Positions 46,734 to 54,438 of a DNA stretch of 54,438 bases are shown here, one piece after another. The notes beneath the pieces were generated by a model. It did no database searches. It was not told where the DNA came from and saw only the letters and a program-made list of their open reading frames with translations. Both the position numbers and the translations under genes were made by a program. The DNA is from a virus (lineage: Duplodnaviria > Caudoviricetes): the IMG/VR virus record IMGVR_UViG_3300037882_000418, positions 1 to 54,438 of that record. One strand, written 5' to 3'. Positions within the stretch are counted from its first letter, which is position 1, and each line of letters begins with the position of its first letter.

Positions 46734-48343
46734 TAAAATTCAGTTTGATTAGGATCTTCTGGAATATAAGTTTCATTAGATTTTAAATCCTGCGCATCTA
46801 TAGTAATACATGCTGCAGTTAAAAGTAAAGCAGTAGCTACAGATACAGCTGCATCTAAAGCTGTAATTAAAACTAGAGTAGGGTCAATTACACCTCTTTC
46901 AATAAGATTTACAAATTCAGAAGTTTTAGAGTCAAATCCTTTATTTATGTTAATAGCGTTATAAACCACACCAAAAGAGTGATTACCATTTTCACATAAA
47001 GTTTGTAAAGGGGCTTTTAGTGTGTTTTTAAGAGCAATAAAGCCGGGGCTATCATTTAACATTGTCTTAGAGATTTCAGCAAAGACTGTTCCTCCACCCG
47101 GTACAAAACCTGCTTTAAGGGCAGCCTGTGTAGCTTGGATAGCATCATCAAGTCTAAACTTCTTTTCTTTTAATTCAATATCTGTATAAGCACCTACATT
47201 AATAATAGCTACTTTACCAGCAAGCATTGCAATTCTTTCTTTTAGCTTTTGTAAATCGTAAGAATGATCTGGAGGGGTTGATTCTAATTCAGCTTTAACT
47301 TCCTCTATTCTAGTATTTATAGCAGATTGATCTTTAGGCGTAACTACAAAAACAGTAGAATTTTTAGTGACAGTAATTTTATCTGCTGTACCTAGATCTG
47401 TAATCGAGCATTGTTCTAAAGACTTACCTAAGTTTTCAGTAAATAGAGTAGCACCAGTTAACAGAGCTAGGTCTTGTAAAAGTGCAGTTCTTCTTTCCCC
47501 AAATGCAGGAGCTTTGATGGCACATAATTGAAGTTGAGCTTGAATTTTATTTACTAATAAAACCGATAAAGCTTGTGATTCAATTTCTTCTGCTACAACT
47601 AATAAAGGTCTGTTTGCTTTAGCTGCAATAGTAACTATAGGTAGAATGTCTTTAGCTGCCCTTAGTTTCTTATCATAGAAAAGAATAAGAGGATTCTCAA
47701 ATTCACAAGTAAGTTTTTTCTTATCTGTGATAAAGTGAGGAGATATAAACCCACGATCTATTTTAGCACCTTTAGTAAACTCTAAAAAAGTATCTGTAGA
47801 TTTAGAATCTTGTGTAAGTACAATACCTTCTGAGCCTGCTTGTTCAAATGCATCTGCAATTAAATTACCTAGTATAGTATCATTATTTGCAGAGATACTA
47901 GCTATATCTTGTAAATGTTCTTTAGAAGAAATAGGAGTAGACATTTCTTTAACTGTAGTAATTACCTCATCTTTAGCTTTCTCTACTTGTCTTTTAAATT
48001 CAATTGGAGAAATAAGTCCTGATTGAATATATTTATACCCTTCATTAAATAAAGCTTGAGCTAAAACAAGTCCTGTAGTAGTACCATCACCTACTTCAGT
48101 TACTACTTTGGATGCTGCTTGTTGTAAAACTTCAGCAGCCATATTTTCAGTTTGATCTTTTAATGAAATGGATTTAGCTACAGTTACACCATCTTTAGTT
48201 ATGGTTGGACTGGAATACATACCTTCAATAAGTACATTTCTACCTAGCGGCCCTAAAGTGACTTTAACTGTATTTGCAAGTATATTAACCCCTTGCTGTA
48301 ATTTTTGTAATGACGACGGATTGAATTCGATATTTTTAATCAT
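46733..48343 (-). CDS. groEL: Phage-encoded chaperonin GroEL (Cpn60)
   Basis: [48 protein letters not shown] and GFVPGGG motifs. Confidence 0.95.
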   Translation of the reverse strand: MIKNIEFNPSSLQKLQQGVNILANTVKVTLGPLGRNVLIEGMYSSPTITKDGVTVAKSISLKDQTENMAAEVLQQAASKVVTEVGDGTTTGLVLAQALFNEGYKYIQSGLISPIEFKRQVEKAKDEVITTVKEMSTPISSKEHLQDIASISANNDTILGNLIADAFEQAGSEGIVLTQDSKSTDTFLEFTKGAKIDRGFISPHFITDKKKLTCEFENPLILFYDKKLRAAKDILPIVTIAAKANRPLLVVAEEIESQALSVLLVNKIQAQLQLCAIKAPAFGERRTALLQDLALLTGATLFTENLGKSLEQCSITDLGTADKITVTKNSTVFVVTPKDQSAINTRIEEVKAELESTPPDHSYDLQKLKERIAMLAGKVAIINVGAYTDIELKEKKFRLDDAIQATQAALKAGFVPGGGTVFAEISKTMLNDSPGFIALKNTLKAPLQTLCENGNHSFGVVYNAININKGFDSKTSEFVNLIERGVIDPTLVLITALDAAVSVATALLLTAACITIDAQDLKSNETYIPEDPNQTEF

Positions 48344-48593
48344 TTTTTAATTTTTTATAATAGTATTCTACAAAGTTATTATATGCCCTTTCTGCATTGG
48401 CTTTTGTAGAATAAAATCTTTTACGTGCAACTATAGAATCTGGATTTAATCTTAATCGTAGAAAAGAATCTACTTTAGGATAATACTCAGGAATTTTTAC
48501 ATACCCAGCTACAAACTCAAAATTCTCTCTAAGAAACTTAATTTCTTTTGTCTCTGATTTGGAATTATAGTCTTTATATTTGTGCTTAATCAT
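48336..48593 (-). CDS. Hypothetical protein (85 aa)
   Basis: Intact ORF overlapping both neighbours. Confidence 0.65.
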   Translation of the reverse strand: MIKHKYKDYNSKSETKEIKFLRENFEFVAGYVKIPEYYPKVDSFLRLRLNPDSIVARKRFYSTKANAERAYNNFVEYYYKKLKND

Positions 48594-48990
48594 TTTCTAA
48601 ATTTTTTGAGTTTACAATAACGTAGTTTTTAGATGTTATTGCTTCTGATAATTGATAAATTGCATTCTTTGGGGAGTTATCTACTGAGTTATGAGGGATT
48701 AATATTTTAATCCCAGTGTTAGGGTTAACATAAACTTGATATCTTTGAAATTGCCTAGTACGTAATTTAAAGTATTTTTTCTTTCACTTATCTTCACTAT
48801 TTTTTGTCTTAGTGAGGTAGTTATTTAAAGAATTTATTTTTTCTTTAAACCTAGTGTCTATAACCTGATTTATGTATTCTTCCTGATTTCTAAATTTATA
48901 CTCACAGTGTTTTACCCAAGATAATAAACCTGTCAATGTAAACCACTTCGTACCCATAAATTCTATAGGAGGATTGAATTTGATAATCAT
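48586..48990 (-). CDS. Hypothetical protein (134 aa), one in-frame TGA (48784)
   Basis: Read-through (SEDK*KKKYF...NLEND) fills the gap and ends overlapping the next ATG (ATGATTAA). Confidence 0.7.
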
Positions 48991-49013
48991 AATTTATTTT
49001 TAGTTTTGCTAAA

Positions 49014-49036
49014 GTATGGGAGATAACCTCCCATAC
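49014..49036 (-). terminator. Hairpin downstream of the tRNA
   Basis: GTATGGGAG-ATAAC-CTCCCATAC, with an outer TTTGCTAAA/TTTAGCAAA inverted pair. Confidence 0.6.
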
Positions 49037-49089
49037 CAACTGTTTAGCAAAGTTAACCTATGGCAAGGTATTATCTTTAAATTATTTTG

Positions 49090-49184
49090 CACGAGCTGTA
49101 GGAATCGAACCCACACTCCAGCTTTTGGAAGGCTGGGGGTATAGTTTTGAAGACTACTTGCTAGCCAATTAGCACCTAGCTCGC
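49090..49184 (-). tRNA. Opal-suppressor tRNA (anticodon UCA) with 26-nt variable arm; 3' CCA not encoded
   Basis: Acceptor GCGAGCT/AGCTCGT with G73; D stem TGCT/AGCA; anticodon arm GTAGT-CTTCAAA-ACTAT (TCA at 49150-49148); T arm GTGGG-TTCGATT-CCTAC. Confidence 0.9.
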
Positions 49185-49207
49185 ATCTTTAATATAGCTA
49201 TAGTTTG

Positions 49208-49714
49208 CTATATAAGTTCTTGTTCAGATATAGATTCTACTGCTGTACCTTCTAGTTTAGAATCTTCTTCTGCTACGTCTTTTAAGCAATTCTGATATTG
49301 CTTCCACATCTTTTCTGTTAAGGACATCATTTTATCTAAATCCTCATAAGTATTTAAAGAATAAGGAATAGATGCAATTAACTCTTGTCTTTCATCTAAT
49401 TTAGCTTCCCAAGCATATAAATATTGTTCCGCTTTAGAGAGACAAAAATTCTTAAGAGTTTCTGAATGTTCCTTAAAATGATCCCAATCTAATTTAAAAT
49501 CTAAATACTCTAATTCTATAGTTTCTCTTCTTTTTAAAAGTGGAAGATTATTATATATAGACTTAGGATGAAAATCTAATATTAAAGCCCAAATTATTTT
49601 AGATATATTATCTTCTTCATATTTCTCAATAATACTCTGAATAAACTTTTCTAAAGTAACTAATTCAGGATACATTAATAAGATATCTTCAGAAGGATTT
49701 AATTTTATTTTCAT
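49208..49714 (-). CDS. Conserved helical protein (168 aa); terminase small subunit candidate
   Basis: SKIIWAL..HPKS.Y..LP motif, coiled-coil C-terminus ending ESISEQELI; upstream of terL. Function is inferred only. Confidence 0.6.
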   Translation of the reverse strand: MKIKLNPSEDILLMYPELVTLEKFIQSIIEKYEEDNISKIIWALILDFHPKSIYNNLPLLKRRETIELEYLDFKLDWDHFKEHSETLKNFCLSKAEQYLYAWEAKLDERQELIASIPYSLNTYEDLDKMMSLTEKMWKQYQNCLKDVAEEDSKLEGTAVESISEQELI

Positions 49715-50031
49715 AACTCTCTAAATAAAGGAAATAAATCTGTATTAGATTTAAGCATGGAATAGAATGAGGGAGTAAGGTTACCCTTAAACTCCTCCCA
49801 TTCTGAACATTCCATGAACATTTTTCATTTGCCTAACTTATCTACTTTAGAAGAACTAAAGAATAAGTGTGGGGATTTACATTTACAATGAGGACATATA
49901 TTTAATTTCACACAAGATTTACATAACATCATTCTGTACATAACTTGCTCTCTAATATATTTAGGCATAGACTTCCTATTAAAATAAGCCCAGTAACCAT
50001 TAAATAAATTAAAAGCATCTTGTGCTACCAT
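49705..50031 (-). CDS. Small Cys-rich (Zn-finger-like) protein (108 aa), in-frame TGA at 49825 and 49711
   Basis: EQVMYRMMLCKSC....CPHCKC.SP...GK*KMFMECSEWEEFK. Confidence 0.75.
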
Positions 50032-50034
50032 AAA

Positions 50035-50331
50035 TTAGCCCTTTGTTTTAATAACTTTTAAAGCTTCTTTCAAGAAAGTTAAAATAGCTGTTTTGTTCAT
50101 TAAAGCCCATACTAAATTGAATTTAGTATCTTCTTTAATACCCGTACTAACTTTAAGAACTAAGAACAATTTAGAAATAGCATCTAAATCTCTTTTAAGT
50201 TCTTCTACAGAAAATTGAGAAGCTTTTAACTTATCCCTTAAAGATTGTACTTCAGAAGAAACTTCTTGAGCTTTTACTGCAATTTCTGGAGTCACAGCAG
50301 GGGCTATAGATTTTTTATTTTTTGTTGACAT
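50035..50331 (-). CDS. Hypothetical coiled-coil protein (98 aa)
   Basis: Intact ORF in an operon. Confidence 0.65.
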   Translation of the reverse strand: MSTKNKKSIAPAVTPEIAVKAQEVSSEVQSLRDKLKASQFSVEELKRDLDAISKLFLVLKVSTGIKEDTKFNLVWALMNKTAILTFLKEALKVIKTKG

Positions 50332-50348
50332 TTTTATTTTATTATAAA

Positions 50349-50762
50349 TTAATTAACGTTAATAACTTTAGATTGTAAAGAGTGAACATCTACTTGCAAA
50401 TATCCTTGAGAAACAAGCATATGAGAATTTGTATTGAAATAAAGAATGCTAGATGGGTGTTCTACTACATTTTTATATAGTGCTACTTTATCCCCAACCT
50501 TAATATCCATCATTTCTTCTTCTATATTAGCTTGCGCTTTATTCGATATTTTAACAATAGTACCAATATTCTTATACTCTTTAGTTTCTATTTTAGCTAC
50601 AGGTCTTCCACCATCAGATTCGTAATCTACATAAAGTGGAACAACCACTCCATTTTCGTTAACTTCCATTGGCTTTTCTACCTCGTCTAGAAGGACTACT
50701 ATCCCTTTGCGACCTAAGGGTATATAGTTGTCTATCGAGTACACATTTTTGTAATTTTCCAT
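50349..50762 (-). CDS. Divergent GroES-like co-chaperonin
   Basis: IPLG..IVV....E...NGVVVP......GTIVKIS......IKVGDKV pattern; 2 kb upstream of groEL. Confidence 0.65.
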   Translation of the reverse strand: MENYKNVYSIDNYIPLGRKGIVVLLDEVEKPMEVNENGVVVPLYVDYESDGGRPVAKIETKEYKNIGTIVKISNKAQANIEEEMMDIKVGDKVALYKNVVEHPSSILYFNTNSHMLVSQGYLQVDVHSLQSKVINVN

Positions 50763-51114
50763 TATCTTTTGGATTTGATTTTATTTTTTTATTATAATAG
50801 TAATAGTAATTAATAGTTGATTTTGAAGCTCAAAGTTGTCTAAACAAATTTACTATATTGCTAGGATATTCTATTCCTTCTTCTTTACACTTCCTAAAGT
50901 ATATAAGAAGTTTTTTAAGGGTCATCCTATAATTCTTTATCCACACATAAAAAGACCCTAAACCCGGTAAATGTACTGCTGCAGAATTCATAGAATAAAA
51001 ATTCTTTTTTAACTCTAGAAAATAATGCGTACAAACTAATCTAATTAAAGGCTCAGGTATATCTGAAATTGCTGATGCTTTTTCATATAAATCTTCATAT
51101 CTATGTAGATACAT
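50659..51114 (-). CDS. HU/IHF-like protein, in-frame TGA at 50830 (3' end uncertain)
   Basis: Two N-terminal helices, then VHLPGLGSFYV. Read-through (LFRQL*ASK) ends at TAA 50659, overlapping the GroES-like gene by 104 nt. Confidence 0.6.
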
Positions 51115-51496
51115 ACGTAAATTTAATATTTAGAACTTCATCACTTAAAATATTATTAATATAGCTAACTATTGATTCTTTTATATAAATAACATCGTCT
51201 ACATCTCTCCATAAATACTGTTTTTTTATTAAGTTATAAACTATACCATTTAAATATACAGCATTGTAATCTAAATTATACTTGTCTTTAAGTTGATTTA
51301 TAACAAATCTCTTAGCGTATTTGGAGAATCTTTGGTAAACATATTTATCAGGTAATGTTAAGAATTCAGTTAAAATATGTATTTCGGTAGGAGAAAGCTT
51401 TTTAAGCTTAGAATCCGATGGAGTAGCTAAAGAAAGAATCTCTAAAGCAAGAGATATTACTTCTGATTTATTTTCTTTCTTAACATTTAATACCAT
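51101..51496 (-). CDS. Putative winged-helix DNA-binding protein (131 aa)
   Basis: LSPTEIHIL...YLNGIVYNLIKKQYLWRD pattern. Confidence 0.55.
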   Translation of the reverse strand: MVLNVKKENKSEVISLALEILSLATPSDSKLKKLSPTEIHILTEFLTLPDKYVYQRFSKYAKRFVINQLKDKYNLDYNAVYLNGIVYNLIKKQYLWRDVDDVIYIKESIVSYINNILSDEVLNIKFTYVST

Positions 51497-51500
51497 AAAA

Positions 51501-51707
51501 TTAATTATTTGCTTGTTGAGTATCTGCTGTAGAATCTATTTCAGGAACATTTTGTTCTGTGTTAGCTTCTGTATTAGGTACTTGTGCTGTATATTGAGCT
51601 AGCAACTTATCATATAAAGGGAGTACCCTAGATTCAGTTGGCATGGAAGCCAAAACCTTTACAATAAAAGCTGCTTCATTTTGGTCTACATTAAAGTTTA
51701 TTATCAT
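51501..51707 (-). CDS. Hypothetical protein (68 aa)
   Basis: Intact ORF in an operon. Confidence 0.6.
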   Translation of the reverse strand: MIINFNVDQNEAAFIVKVLASMPTESRVLPLYDKLLAQYTAQVPNTEANTEQNVPEIDSTADTQQANN

Positions 51708-52122
51708 CTCTATCTTGTTTGTATGTGTTATAAATTCTTTCTAATCTGCTAGCGAATTCTGCTACTTTAGCATCAATATCAAATTGATTGTAGCGATCTT
51801 GAGTATATTCAATTTTTCTAGATTCAATAGCTGCTTTAAGCATAGCAGACTCATCTACACCTTCTATACTAAGAGGAAAAGAAAATCTTCCTGAACCACT
51901 TAAAACAGTATAAGTATTATTATAAGAAATAACTTCAATATGAGGGTAAGCATCATCTGTGTAAGAAACTTTCTTACTTACTACAAATTCTCTCGGTTTT
52001 TCTTGTTTTGAAGGTATTTCATACACTGCATTAGTAGCTAAATTTTCTAAGTTCTCTTTCATTGCTGCTTCTGCAGTAGAAATAAAAATTTGGTTTGTGT
52101 CTTGAGTATCTTGATTGATCAT
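51691..52122 (-). CDS. Hypothetical protein (143 aa)
   Basis: First ORF after a predicted promoter. Confidence 0.65.
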   Translation of the reverse strand: MINQDTQDTNQIFISTAEAAMKENLENLATNAVYEIPSKQEKPREFVVSKKVSYTDDAYPHIEVISYNNTYTVLSGSGRFSFPLSIEGVDESAMLKAAIESRKIEYTQDRYNQFDIDAKVAEFASRLERIYNTYKQDRDDNKL

Positions 52123-52142
52123 AATTATATTATTTTATACAT

Positions 52143-52174
52143 CAAAGATACAATGAAATAACTGAACTACCAAA
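52143..52174 (-). promoter_or_regulatory. Bacteroidota housekeeping-sigma promoter (-33/-7)
   Basis: TTTG-N20-TATCTTTG on the minus strand matches the TTTG/TAnnTTTG consensus. Confidence 0.75.
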
Positions 52175-52185
52175 TAAATTACGAA

Positions 52186-52542
52186 CTATTTTCATTTTCA
52201 GGTAAAAATAATATTTCTAAAATCCTTAGCTTCATCAATAGTTTTAAATCAAAAATTAAATTCTACTGGTTTAGCATAAATAACTACTCTCCATAGTAAC
52301 TCATACTGCGACCATTCTAAATCTAAAGCAGTAACAGAATCTTTAGTTACATAAGTAGAAGAATATTTCGGGATAACAGCTTTTTCTATATCTGATTCTA
52401 TATCAGAATCTACGTCTTCAAAAGTCTCTACATCTAACTCTTCTAAATAATGTAAGTAATTCTTTTCTAGCTCTAAATAATTCTTTAGAGAATTAACTAT
52501 TTTATAGTCTTTTAAGGAGAGATGAGTTAAATGTATAGTCAT
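52186..52542 (-). CDS. Hypothetical protein (118 aa), in-frame TGA at 52249, 52198 and 52192
   Basis: Read-through: EFNF*FKTIDEAKDFRNIIFT*K*K, then TAG just before the promoter. Confidence 0.65.
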
Positions 52543-52544
52543 AA

Positions 52545-52739
52545 TTATCTTTTATTTAGTAAAAAATTATATAAATCTAAGAAAGGAGTAAATGGTTTCT
52601 CTATAGGAATAGGGGCTGGTAATCCATGTATCGAATCTATATATTCTTGAAAACTTAATCCTTGCCCTATATAGGGTTTACGTAAATCATATATAATCAA
52701 CCCTGAAGTTTCCATATACATTGTTTCGAGTCTATTCAT
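52545..52739 (-). CDS. Hypothetical protein (64 aa)
   Basis: Tightly packed ORF. Confidence 0.6.
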   Translation of the reverse strand: MNRLETMYMETSGLIIYDLRKPYIGQGLSFQEYIDSIHGLPAPIPIEKPFTPFLDLYNFLLNKR

Positions 52740-52741
52740 AA

Positions 52742-53074
52742 TTAGCGTTTAAAATCTAACATTCTAAATCCATAAGACTCCATAGAAGACTTATAAGTAT
52801 TTTTATCTAAAAGTGGGTTAGGCATTACAGTAAGTTCAACATTACCTCCTTTAGTTGGTTTCCACTTCTTAGTTAATTCAATTACTCTAGCATCTATAGC
52901 TTCTTGAGTTAAAGGACTAATGTCTTTAAAATCACTATTAATAGACATCCATCCACCTGATCCTAAGTAATCCTCTAAGTTATTGGACACAGAAGTATCA
53001 CCTTGAGAATTACCACGAAAAGCAAATATGCTTGGTTCTGTTTGAGCAGGAATATACACTTTATATGTATTCAT
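52742..53074 (-). CDS. Hypothetical protein (110 aa)
   Basis: Start placed at MNTYKV, directly after the upstream stop. Confidence 0.6.
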   Translation of the reverse strand: MNTYKVYIPAQTEPSIFAFRGNSQGDTSVSNNLEDYLGSGGWMSINSDFKDISPLTQEAIDARVIELTKKWKPTKGGNVELTVMPNPLLDKNTYKSSMESYGFRMLDFKR

Positions 53075-53076
53075 TA

Positions 53077-53457
53077 TTATATTTTTATACCGTTTATACA
53101 ACATATGTCCATGTGCGAAATAAAATCACCTTCTTTCTGAGGTAAGTGACATGGACAGTCGCATTTAGATTCCTCTTTCTCATTCTGAACTTCTTGTGTA
53201 ATTTTACTTTCCACATCACAAAGTTTCTTTGTTAAAAGGTCTTCCATATCTATTAACTTTAATTCCCATCTATATATTCCTGTATCATCATGCTTATTAG
53301 GACTACCTCCTGTCAACCCAATTAGAGGTTGATTAGTTATTTTATCTGTATCTGAAGGTAATACTTCTTGAGTATTGCCAGCACTAAAATCATAATCAAA
53401 AATAATTTCTAATCCGGGAATCTCTTTAATTATATCTGTAATATCTTTATCTTCCAT
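53077..53457 (-). CDS. Hypothetical protein with C-terminal CDCPCH...H..CC metal-binding motif
   Basis: ATG at 53457 (alternative TTG at 53469). Confidence 0.6.
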   Translation of the reverse strand: MEDKDITDIIKEIPGLEIIFDYDFSAGNTQEVLPSDTDKITNQPLIGLTGGSPNKHDDTGIYRWELKLIDMEDLLTKKLCDVESKITQEVQNEKEESKCDCPCHLPQKEGDFISHMDICCINGIKI

Positions 53458-53470
53458 GTTAATTAACAAT

Positions 53471-53755
53471 TTAAAAATCTATATAAATATCTTTCTGAAA
53501 CTTAATATTCACTCCTTGACTCCACCTAATAAGAAACATATAAGAAACATCTTTTCATGTAGTATCAATAATTACTCCATAACTAGGAGAATACCTGTAA
53601 TGAAATCGAGTATCTTTTAAAGTATTAACACATCATTTAGCGTAACTAGGGTCATTCATAGTAACCCATTTAAACTCTTTACCACTATGTTTACCAAACT
53701 TTAAAATACTATCATAAAAAATATAATACTTAATTTTTGACTCAGAATTTTTCAC
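53471..53755 (-). CDS. DUF3820/ExoX-C-terminal-like small protein (94 aa), in-frame TGA at 53633 and 53555; absent from the ORF track
   Basis: GTG start; LKFGKHSGKEFKWVTMNDPSYAK*CV fits the FGKxxG...PxYxxW motif; fills the gap. Confidence 0.75.
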
Positions 53756-53763
53756 TACTATAT

Positions 53764-53961
53764 TTAATTTGGTTGTTTTTTACGAAGCAACTCTAAAAAG
53801 AACAATAATGTCTTTTCGTTAGATTCCTCTGGTTGCTCTATTATATCTGTAATAGATACATATTCTGTTGCTAATTTAAATGAAAATCCTTGCATGTTAG
53901 ATGAAGTAGGGTCAACTGCCGCTAAACCCCCAGTGGTAATTATACTGGTTGTTGATTGCAT
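53764..53961 (-). CDS. Hypothetical protein (65 aa)
   Basis: ATG with an A-rich leader; first ORF after the non-coding region. Confidence 0.55.
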   Translation of the reverse strand: MQSTTSIITTGGLAAVDPTSSNMQGFSFKLATEYVSITDIIEQPEESNEKTLLFFLELLRKKQPN

Positions 53962-54094
53962 CGTTATGATTATTTGTGATTTATTAAGATTCGTTTAAGT
54001 CAGATAATAGAAATCCCTTTAGAAAAATAAGGCTTTTAACTTTATTTACTCTCTTTGTGGATGTCTTTAGTAATCCGAAATTTTTAAGATAACT

Positions 54095-54300
54095 TCCAAT
54101 AGTCAGTGCTCTCGGTCTCGGGACAGTTAATAACGCTTGTCAATTCAAGCAAAACCAATTCTACTTATGGCGCGTCTGTCCTCGCAACTACCTTTATATA
54201 TCTATCTTATATACCCCGGTTCCTCAGCTTATGTGTACTTACCACCCGTGGTAGGGAACTGGCGCTAAACGACTATCAGGTGTTGCTTCTCCAGCTCGCT
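54095..54300 (-). ncRNA. Candidate structured non-coding RNA or leader
   Basis: GC-richer island with several nested helices, directly downstream of a promoter. Confidence 0.45.
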
Positions 54301-54304
54301 AGTG

Positions 54305-54336
54305 CGAAGATACATATAATATATTATACTACCAAA
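54305..54336 (-). promoter_or_regulatory. Bacteroidota-type promoter
   Basis: TTTG-N20-TATCTTCG; shares TTATTTGGTAGT and TGTATCTTYG with the promoter at 52143-52174. Confidence 0.65.
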
Positions 54337-54438
54337 TAAAAGTGAAAATATTTTTAAAATAGAATGTATTTTAGTAATAGTTTGCGTGTATGGTTATAGT
54401 AGTTTTATAGTGTGTATAGTAATGGTATCCTAAAAATA

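Noticed and set aside
842-48350. Short plus-strand ORFs in the track
   Set aside because: All lie antisense to long minus-strand genes and have no recognizable motifs; they are shadow ORFs.
49090-49185. tRNA-Sec and selenoprotein interpretation
   Set aside because: An 8-bp acceptor would need an extra U-G pair and would give a C discriminator. TGA contexts are Trp-like, and no selA/B/D genes are in the window.
19280-52188. TAG reassignment (Gln) as in other crAss-like phages
   Set aside because: TAG occurs at credible gene ends (19280, 26957, 49208, 51101, 52186) and does not interrupt conserved genes.
54291-54299. GCGAGCT match between the ncRNA candidate 5' end and the tRNA acceptor strand
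   Set aside because: Only 7 nt, and I found no matching T arm or 3' acceptor strand; probably chance.
54106-54339. Plus-strand 77-aa ORF
   Set aside because: It runs opposite to the promoter and all other genes, has no motif, and overlaps the structured region.
1-54438. CRISPR array or rRNA
   Set aside because: No regularly spaced repeats or rRNA-like sequence; the window is almost fully coding.

Overview
A 54-kb, AT-rich segment of a crAss-like phage (Crassvirales), probably infecting a Bacteroidota host. Every real gene lies on the minus strand. From right to left it holds small genes, a GroES-like gene, a tRNA, groEL, a terminase with a LAGLIDADG intein, portal, scaffold, major capsid protein, gp75/74/73 homologues, tail fibres, ring/tail proteins, a lysis cassette, ejection proteins and a giant virion RNA polymerase that runs off the left edge. 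The main result is that TGA is not a stop codon here. I traced 23 in-frame TGA codons in 14 genes; reading through them joins fragmented ORFs into whole genes, and several fall at positions where homologues have Trp. The phage encodes a matching tRNA with a UCA anticodon (49090-49184, minus). This tRNA is very atypical: its 26-nt variable arm looks like a second anticodon arm displaying CCA, the normal Trp anticodon. Other notable items are a promoter-driven structured non-coding region near 54.1-54.3 kb, a pseudo-receiver gene coupled to the lysis genes through TGA read-through, and a phage chaperonin pair. Family assignments rest on motif recall and gene order; no database search was run.
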